A stretch of 64,000 bases of DNA from Nannocystales bacterium (GTDB lineage: Bacteria; Myxococcota_A; Polyangia; Nannocystales; Nannocystaceae). The notes under the pieces were generated by a model. It saw only the letters and a program-made list of their open reading frames with translations, was not told where the DNA came from and made no database searches. The number at the start of each line of letters is the position of its first letter. Position 1 is the first letter of the stretch. The stretch lies in NCBI GenBank assembly GCA_050633305.1, contig JBOEGF010000018.1, forward strand, positions 736,001-800,000, given 5' to 3'. Both the position numbers and the translations under genes were made by a program. Positions 57,321 through 64,000 of this stretch are shown here, piece by piece.

Positions 57321-59050
57321 GCTCGGGGCCGAATCCTCACCACGCGCTCGAATCGGCTGCGAGGTGTGTCGTGCCCAGAGCGAGTCTCCGTCTTGTGCCC
57401 GGGCGGCGGGTTCACTGGAAGCGTCACCCAAATCGTCGTGCCCTCTCCTGGGCTGCTCATGATCTCAAGCCGGCCGCCCATCTGGTCCAGCATGCGAACC
57501 ACGATCGAAAGGCCATCACCGTGGCTGGTGCCGGCGATTGGGGCTCGATCGGGCTGGCCGCTGAAGAACACTTGCTCGAGGCGGTCTTCCCCGATCCCCC
57601 GCCCGGTGTCCGACACCTTGAGTTGGAGGTGGCCGGGGACCCCGGAGACTTCCGCGACGATCGACCCGTCCTTGGTGTACTTGCAGGCGTTGGTGAGAAT
57701 GTTGTCGACCACCCGCTCCAGCAGGGTCTCGTCAGCGTGCAGCGTGGGTGGTGACTCCCGAGTTTGGAACACCGTGATGCGAATCCCACGTCCCATCACC
57801 GTCGCGCGAAGCTGTCGGCGGATTCGGTTGGTCAGATCATCGACGTTGATGTCGGTCGCGACCGGTGGACGTTCCCCGTCCCCGCGGACGATGCAAGACA
57901 TCTCGGTGAGGAGCGCCTCGAGCCTGTTGACCGCCGTCCCGACCGCGCCGACCGTGTCGTCGTAGTCAGAGTCCCGTTGGCCATCGAACCGGTTCAGTTC
58001 CTGCGCCGATGCTTTGAGCACCGTGAGCGGGTTGTTCATGTCGTGCGAGAGGTTGAGGAGCTGGCTGTTCTGGGCCACCTCACCGCTGCCGTCCAGCTGA
58101 CCCACGACCTCCTCGAGTTTTTCGCGCCGCTCGTGAAATCGAGTTTCGATGCTGTGGCTCCACTGCCGCTCGCGGCTGTGAAGGGCGAGGAGCTCATCGA
58201 CGGCACGGGCGTGATCCTGGACAACCTTCTCCACCTCGTAGGAGGTCTCTTCGGCAAAGCCTAGGTAGTCATGCAACATGACCCGGAGTTGCGCGATCAG
58301 GCCGAGTCCCATCCCGAGGACTGCGAGCAACACCGGCATGTAGCTCGCCGTGGAAGGCGTTGTGGCCAACAGAGCGTGGCCCGTGACGAACCCGACGATC
58401 GTGCCGAGGATGGGGTAGCGGAGTCGAAGCGGTTCGCGCCAGGAGAGCGCGTACTCGCAGTAGTCGTCACCGTCACATAGCCGCTTGTTCACTCGAACCC
58501 GCGCGGAGCGGAGTCCCCACCAAAGAGAGGGGACCGAGGCGAGCTGTGCTTGGCGGGACAGGCAGTTCAGTCGAGAGTCGGGCCGCTTGCTGTGGTAGCG
58601 GAGGAGGATGGAGTTCCGCCGGCTCTCGATAACCTCGTAGTGACTGACCCGCGTCACCAGATGGCTTGTACGAGCCATCGCCTTGTAGCCGGTGTTGACG
58701 GTCATGGACCGGATGACCAACAGCAGCGGCCCGTACATCTTCTTGAGTTCGAAGACGCAGGCCTTCATGAAGGCCTTGTCGGAACCAACGAGCTCGCGTG
58801 CGCCCGAGAGGATCGCTTCGAACACCGGGAGTGAGACCCACGGCGCAGACCGTTTCAAGACCGTGGTCTCGGCGCCCGCATCCCGGACGATCCGGTGCAA
58901 CGTATCTTCGCCGTGGTGCTCTCGCAGGTACCGAAACAGCGGCCTGAGCACCCGCAGATTCAGTTCTTCCGGCTCCCCGCGGACAACAGGAGGTTCCTCC
59001 TCTGTCACGACGCGCAGCGGTAGCTTGATCGGGCGGGATGGATTCGACAC
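57317..59050 (-). CDS. Sensor histidine kinase with N-terminal H-NOX-like/V4R domain and 2 TMs
   Basis: LFRYLREHHGEDTL..WVSLPVF; LNCLSRQ..LCDGDDYCEYALSW (V4R-type Cys); H-box LSHDMNNPL, N-box NILTNACKYT, G1 DTGRGI, G2 HGDGL. Confidence 0.88.
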   Translation of the reverse strand: MSNPSRPIKLPLRVVTEEEPPVVRGEPEELNLRVLRPLFRYLREHHGEDTLHRIVRDAGAETTVLKRSAPWVSLPVFEAILSGARELVGSDKAFMKACVFELKKMYGPLLLVIRSMTVNTGYKAMARTSHLVTRVSHYEVIESRRNSILLRYHSKRPDSRLNCLSRQAQLASVPSLWWGLRSARVRVNKRLCDGDDYCEYALSWREPLRLRYPILGTIVGFVTGHALLATTPSTASYMPVLLAVLGMGLGLIAQLRVMLHDYLGFAEETSYEVEKVVQDHARAVDELLALHSRERQWSHSIETRFHERREKLEEVVGQLDGSGEVAQNSQLLNLSHDMNNPLTVLKASAQELNRFDGQRDSDYDDTVGAVGTAVNRLEALLTEMSCIVRGDGERPPVATDINVDDLTNRIRRQLRATVMGRGIRITVFQTRESPPTLHADETLLERVVDNILTNACKYTKDGSIVAEVSGVPGHLQLKVSDTGRGIGEDRLEQVFFSGQPDRAPIAGTSHGDGLSIVVRMLDQMGGRLEIMSSPGEGTTIWVTLPVNPPPGHKTETRSGHDTPRSRFERVVRIRPRA

Positions 59051-59259
59051 GACGAACGAGGACCGTTGCCTGCGGAAATCACGATAACAAAGGCGGGATG
59101 GTGCGGGTCACCAAACTGGTCGCTAAACGGGGTTTTGTGGCGTTCTTGGGCCACATCACCTTACACGTGCATGGAGTGGTCGCAGCCGGCCATGTTCAAC
59201 GTTCTGTTGGTAGGGGTGACAGGCCGTGCCCGTGTTAAGCTGCGGCTCGCGGATTCTGC

Positions 59260-60609
59260 ATGACGGCTGTCGCAATCCGAGTCTTCGACTCCGAGGCAGG
59301 GACGACGACCGAGTACGCCTACACGGCGTCCCCGGTTCGTATCGGCCGAAACCCTCTCAATGACCTGACGCTGCCGTTCCCGTTCGTTTCGGGATGGCAT
59401 GCGGTGGTGCGCTTCGATGGGTCCGGGGCGAAGTTCTTCGACCTCGGCTCGACCAACGGTACGCTGTACAACGGCAGGCGTGTTCAAGCGGGTGAAGCGA
59501 TCCCGGTTGCGGGCGCGGTTTCCCTGACGATTGGCAAGCTGGAGCTGCGAATCCAGCAGGGGGAGGTCGCAGGGGCTACACCGGCCCCGCCTGCACCGGC
59601 CCCACGGGTGGCGGCGCAGGCCGTGGTGCACAACCCCGCGGCGTATTCGCCGACGTCGGTGCACAACTCTCCGGCCATGCCGGCTCCGGTGAACACGACG
59701 TCCGTCCCCAACGTGCCCGCGAGCCCGGTTCCGGCCCCGGCACCGGCCCAACACCGGAGCCCGAGTCCTGGGGCCGGGGCAGGCACCGCCGCAGTCGACA
59801 TGGGGGATGTTCACCAGTCGGTGAACCGGCTGCGCCCGCACTACGATGCGTACCGGCAGTCCTGGAGGGCGATGCTTCAAGAGGTCAGTGGGACGCTGTC
59901 CTCCATGCCGCCCGAGACTCACGGCTATGCGCTGTCGATTCTTCAGCGCGAGTTTCCGGAAGTCGTTGGAGAGCCGGAGTTCAAGCGCATGGCCGAGCAA
60001 GCGGGCGCTCTACAGGGTTCTTCGGCCCAACGCTCTTCGGGCGGGAGCTCGGGTGCGGTTGCACGCCTTGCCAGCTCGATCCGACCCGGAGATGCTCCTC
60101 CGGCGAGCGCGGCCGAGGAGGAACGCTTCCTCTCGTGCGTCGAGGATGTGCTGCGAGCCAGTGCCAAAGCGCTCGTCGAACTCCAAAAAGGGCAGGAGCA
60201 GTTCGGCGCGGAGATGGGAGTTCGCACCATCAAGGAATACACAGCGCTGCATGCAGCGGGCTCGTCGGAGGCAGTCCTGGCATACCTGCTCGACTGGAAA
60301 GCCGGGGGGACCGCGCGGACCCAAGAACTGGTGGGGGTCTACGCGGACCTGATGATCCACCAAGTCGCGTTGATCAACGGTCTGATGGAAGGCGTTCGGG
60401 GGCTGCTCTCCCGCCTGTCGCCTCAGGAGATCGAGCGTGGCGTCAATGCTGGTTGGGCAACCCGGGGCGCTGCGGTGTGGAAGCGCTACGTCGAGAAGCA
60501 CCAGCAGCTGACCGGGGAAGACCAAACGCTGACTTCGGTGGTCTTCGGGCCCGAGTTCGCCCGAGCATACGCTGAGGTTGGCGGCGAGGGGACTTCGTCG
60601 GGCTCCTGA
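59260..60609 (+). CDS. tagH: T6SS-associated FHA protein (TagH/Fha-like)
   Basis: FHA IGR..VSGWHA..DLGSTNGT; C-terminal DLMIHQVALING..LLSRLSPQEIE..VWKRY..FGPEFARAY. Confidence 0.85.
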   Translation: MTAVAIRVFDSEAGTTTEYAYTASPVRIGRNPLNDLTLPFPFVSGWHAVVRFDGSGAKFFDLGSTNGTLYNGRRVQAGEAIPVAGAVSLTIGKLELRIQQGEVAGATPAPPAPAPRVAAQAVVHNPAAYSPTSVHNSPAMPAPVNTTSVPNVPASPVPAPAPAQHRSPSPGAGAGTAAVDMGDVHQSVNRLRPHYDAYRQSWRAMLQEVSGTLSSMPPETHGYALSILQREFPEVVGEPEFKRMAEQAGALQGSSAQRSSGGSSGAVARLASSIRPGDAPPASAAEEERFLSCVEDVLRASAKALVELQKGQEQFGAEMGVRTIKEYTALHAAGSSEAVLAYLLDWKAGGTARTQELVGVYADLMIHQVALINGLMEGVRGLLSRLSPQEIERGVNAGWATRGAAVWKRYVEKHQQLTGEDQTLTSVVFGPEFARAYAEVGGEGTSSGS

Positions 60610-60713
60610 TCAGACGCCCGTTCCAGACCTCTTCGCAGGGCGCCTCGGGTGTCGCGGCTGGCCTTGCTTGGGCTTTGCGGCTGAAGCATCGAAGGCTGCT
60701 ATGATGCGCCGCC

Positions 60714-61712
60714 GTGAGACCCGTGCTCCGCTTCCGCTGGTTCGCTTCGCTCGCCTTCGCTTCACTCGCCGTGGCGGGTTGTAAGAAGGAAGGGCCGTCC
60801 GTTCTCCCCATCTGCAAGGCAGAGGTCGCGGGAAAAAAAGCCGCAGAGGTCGCGTCGGGGTCCATTCCTCCTGAGGTTTGGTTCTCTGTCCTGCTGACGA
60901 ACTTCAATCGCGAGAAGATGCAGCTGAAGCGTCCCGCGGTGGATTGCAGCGGCCGCCCGATCGAGCCTAAAGAGGAGGCTATCGATGCCTGCATCGTGGG
61001 GGACGAGCCCGCAAAGGCGTTGCCGGACCGGCCCCTCACGGAAGACGATCTGATGATTGAGGCGCTCGATGACGGTCGACAGCTCGTGTGGGCGAAGACC
61101 GGGGAGTACGACAACGGGGAGGCCGTGGGTCCGGTCGCGATCACCGAGTGGACCTCCCGTGGCGTGGCGGTCCGAGCCATCGGAACGCTCCGTGCTCAAA
61201 AAGATCGCGCGGCGATTCGGATGGAGGCTGTGGGCGCCGAGCAGATGCTCGTGGTCGAGAGTCGCCACTGCGATCCCGACGACCCGAAGAACTGCTCACG
61301 ACGGATCAGACTGGTTCCGCTCATCGGTGACTCGTTCGCGGAGAAGCGTCTGCAGACCGAAGATGGAGCGTGTATCGGCTCGGCCGAGGTGACGCTCTAC
61401 GAGGAGAAGCTCGTCTCCCTCGACAACGGCATCGAGCGCAAGTTCGAGGTCGCTCGGTCCGTCGAGTTCGAAGAGGGCACCGTCGTGATCAACGAGCAGG
61501 TCACGATCAAGGACAAGGACCCGACCCAGCCCGACCTCCCGGCGAAGCTGTTTCGCCGTGCCAACGTCCAGCGAAGCCTCAACGTGGGAACCGACGCGAT
61601 TGTGACGCAAGGAGGCCTCTGGGAGGACATGCTGTCGAAGCACGGCAGCGTGGTGGTCCAAGAGGCCCCGGCGGACGAAGAGCCCGACGCGGCTGAAGCG
61701 GCGGCTGAGTAG
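60714..61712 (+). CDS. Hypothetical lipoprotein
   Basis: Lipobox VAGC, several further Cys, typical GC3-rich codons. Confidence 0.75.
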   Translation: MRPVLRFRWFASLAFASLAVAGCKKEGPSVLPICKAEVAGKKAAEVASGSIPPEVWFSVLLTNFNREKMQLKRPAVDCSGRPIEPKEEAIDACIVGDEPAKALPDRPLTEDDLMIEALDDGRQLVWAKTGEYDNGEAVGPVAITEWTSRGVAVRAIGTLRAQKDRAAIRMEAVGAEQMLVVESRHCDPDDPKNCSRRIRLVPLIGDSFAEKRLQTEDGACIGSAEVTLYEEKLVSLDNGIERKFEVARSVEFEEGTVVINEQVTIKDKDPTQPDLPAKLFRRANVQRSLNVGTDAIVTQGGLWEDMLSKHGSVVVQEAPADEEPDAAEAAAE

Positions 61713-61772
61713 TCCTTGGAGTTGTGCCGGAGCGGGCCCACGTCGGGGCAGGCTCCGGCTGTGACCGCGGGC

Positions 61773-62402
61773 TTACTCGATGCCGCGGTTGCGGCGAGTG
61801 CGGGTCTGCGTGCGATCGTTGGTGACCTTCTTGACCTCGAGGGTCATGGTCAAGATCTTGCCGTTGTTCTTTTTGACGAGGTAGACCTCGTTGGCCTCGG
61901 CGAGTGAGGCGAGCTTGCCTTTGCCCAGCTTTCGCTTCTTCCAGACGCACGCACGGTACGTGCGCGGCTTGTCGTAGCCTTCGCGGTCGGGCAACTCGAC
62001 GAGGCGGTAGCGGCCGTCCTCGGTCTCGACAAACTGGTACGCGCACTCCCGCGTCTTGCACGACGCGTCGAACGTGACGAACAGCAGTGGCTTCCCGTTG
62101 AGCTCGTCGATGTCGAGGATGAGGCCGGCCGTGTTGCGGGTGGTGACCTGCTTGTCGACGACCTTGTCGGACTCTTCGGTGATCTTCCGATCGACATTGA
62201 ACGACTCGTCGACGCTCGCCTCGTTGTACAGGGCGATCATCTTTCGCTCGGTGTAGACGCGTAGCGGGGCGATGCCGGCCTCGGTCGTCACTTTCGCGAG
62301 TTCTTTGGGCGACAGCGGGGTGCGTTTCGCACAACCCGCCTGAGCCAAGGTGGCAGCGAGGAGTACGCCAAACGTCAGGGGCGAGAGGCTGAGACCGCGC
62401 AT
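61773..62402 (-). CDS. Hypothetical basic lipoprotein
   Basis: Lipobox-like QAGC, 209-aa ORF, typical codon usage. Confidence 0.72.
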   Translation of the reverse strand: MRGLSLSPLTFGVLLAATLAQAGCAKRTPLSPKELAKVTTEAGIAPLRVYTERKMIALYNEASVDESFNVDRKITEESDKVVDKQVTTRNTAGLILDIDELNGKPLLFVTFDASCKTRECAYQFVETEDGRYRLVELPDREGYDKPRTYRACVWKKRKLGKGKLASLAEANEVYLVKKNNGKILTMTLEVKKVTNDRTQTRTRRNRGIE

Positions 62403-62533
62403 TGTTCGCCCTGTGGACTACCGAATCCACGGTACCAAAGTCAAAAGGAAACGCGTCCGAGCGCAGAATCTGTCCCGAACCCGTCGTTTCCTGGCCCTAT
62501 CGGGGGCAGGAACGCTACAACCGAGCCTCGGGC

Positions 62534-64000
62534 ATGATTCGACTGTCGGTCAGTGAACAGGGCGCGCCGCCGCGGCTGGTGACGTTCGACAAACCCCAGG
62601 TCCATGTCGGCCGGGCCGGGGATTGTGAGCTGTGCATCGGCGGCAAGGGCATCTCGTCGCGGCACTGCCGGTTCACGCAGACCCCTGGCGGCGTTGTCGT
62701 CGAGGACCTTGGCTCGACCAACGGGACGTACGTCAACCGGCAGCCGATTCAGGGCGCTGTCGCCGTGACCGCGCGCGATGAGGTCATCGTCGGCATGTAT
62801 GAGATCCGGTTGCACGAGGTCGCGACCGGGATGAGCGCGGCGCCGCCCGTCTCACACGCTCCGATGGGGCCGGCGGCGGGCGGAAACCGACAGCCGACCG
62901 GCGTGGTGCCGCCCCAGTTCGCTGCACAGGCGATGTCGTCGGGCCCCATGCCGACGCCCTCCGGCGCGATGCCTGCGGTCGCGCCGGCATCAGGACCATC
63001 GGCGGTCTTGAACCCGAGTATCGACCCAGACTGGGCTCGGCAGTGGGAGAAGCTCGACAGCCTCGCGCGCGAATGGATCGCGGCGGGCAAGGACCGCAAG
63101 CGGTTGCTCCGCGGCGGCAAGCTCACACACGCTCGCACGTGGCTGGCATCAGGAAAAGGGAAAGCGCCCGCGCCGAAGCGGGAGCATCGCGACTTCATCT
63201 TCGCGTCCAGTCGGGCCCGTCAGATGCGGATCGTCCGCAACGTCACGCTGGGAGGCCTGGTCGTTTGCGTGGGGGTCGTCGGGGCGATCAAGATCGCGCA
63301 GATCGTCGGAGATGAGGCCGACGAAGGCGGGGACGAGGTCGCCAACGCCGAGCAGACTCCCAACGAGGCCGGCACCCCGAAGGGCAGCGGGGACGAGCGC
63401 GGCTCTCCGCTGGCTCGGCTTGCCGTCACCGCGGCAGCGTCGGCGGAGGAAGGTGGGGATCCCACACTTGCGGTGTTGCTTGCGACAGCGGGCCTCGACG
63501 CCTCCTCCTCCGAGGCCCGAGGAACCGAGGTGGAGCTCGCGTTCCGCTCGTCGATCGGGAAGCTCCAAGGCAAGCCGCTTCGCGGACACGACGACCCGAT
63601 CACCGACGCCGCGTTCAGCGATGACGGGCACTGGTCGATCACCGCCAGCAAGGACGGAAGCGTTCGACTCTGGGACCGGACCGGCGAGTCGCGTCGGCCC
63701 ACCTCGCTTCGCGGTCACAGCCGCGGGGTGCTCGACGTGCTGGTCACGCCAGACAGCAAGTTTCTCTTCACCGCCGGGGAGAACGGCAAGGTCTTGCGTT
63801 GGGACCTCGGCTCGTCCGAAGTGATGAGCAACTATGTCTCGCTCCCGGGCCACTCCACCTCGGTCGGCCACCTCGCGGTCAGCCGGGATGGCAGGTGGCT
63901 TGTCAGCGGGTCAGCGGACGGCAGCGTACGGGTTTGGAACGCCTCGTCACCCGTCCCGAAGTCTCGGAAGTTTCCTGGGCACGACGCGCCGATTCGGGCG
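62534..64000 (+). CDS. FHA + STAND-associated helical segment + TM + WD40 repeat protein (3' partial)
   Basis: Not in the ORF track. Manual translation: MIRLSVSEQG..VGR..ISSRHC..DLGSTNGTYVN; LAREWIAAGKDRKRLLRGGKLTHARTW..RDFIFAS; TM; LRGHDDPITDAAFSDDGHWSITASKDGSVRLWD. Confidence 0.85.
   Translation, partial: MIRLSVSEQGAPPRLVTFDKPQVHVGRAGDCELCIGGKGISSRHCRFTQTPGGVVVEDLGSTNGTYVNRQPIQGAVAVTARDEVIVGMYEIRLHEVATGMSAAPPVSHAPMGPAAGGNRQPTGVVPPQFAAQAMSSGPMPTPSGAMPAVAPASGPSAVLNPSIDPDWARQWEKLDSLAREWIAAGKDRKRLLRGGKLTHARTWLASGKGKAPAPKREHRDFIFASSRARQMRIVRNVTLGGLVVCVGVVGAIKIAQIVGDEADEGGDEVANAEQTPNEAGTPKGSGDERGSPLARLAVTAAASAEEGGDPTLAVLLATAGLDASSSEARGTEVELAFRSSIGKLQGKPLRGHDDPITDAAFSDDGHWSITASKDGSVRLWDRTGESRRPTSLRGHSRGVLDVLVTPDSKFLFTAGENGKVLRWDLGSSEVMSNYVSLPGHSTSVGHLAVSRDGRWLVSGSADGSVRVWNASSPVPKSRKFPGHDAPIRA

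Noticed and set aside
54126..59050. Cassette as a mobile element
   Set aside because: No integrase, transposase or flanking direct repeats seen; any compositional difference was not quantified.

Overview
High-GC bacterial chromosomal window. Gene content (Cys-rich lipoproteins, Ser/Thr kinase-TPR, several FHA proteins, an ECF/anti-sigma module) suggests a myxobacterium; this is inference only. The left half (1-32 kb) holds housekeeping and envelope genes: CBM9/DUF5916 protein, SRAP, cyanophycinase, rubrerythrin/Fe-S oxidoreductase/DUF3501, an OB-fold-DEDD exonuclease fusion, icd, AlkB-like, LysM-MepA, an ECF sigma module, HIT, fused 2-oxoacid dehydrogenase E1, PhoD and a Ser/Thr kinase. It also has a structured intergenic RNA candidate (2.7-3.0 kb) and a hairpin-forming repeat array (21.1-21.7 kb). 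The right half (32-61 kb) is a type VI secretion locus: tssJKLM-tagF-tssBC-tssA on the minus strand, hcp-tssEFG-clpV on the plus strand, and a tagH-like FHA gene; no vgrG or PAAR is visible. Three features of this locus stand out: (1) an FHA-fused TadA/CpaF-like protein with degenerate ATPase motifs heads the tssJ operon; (2) TssA has two ImpA_N domains; (3) a translationally coupled four-gene cassette (V4R/H-NOX-like histidine kinase, ThDP enzyme, two divergent citrate-synthase-fold proteins) sits between clpV and tagH, a candidate small-molecule signal synthesis and sensing system. All family calls come from motif recognition by eye; no searches were run.
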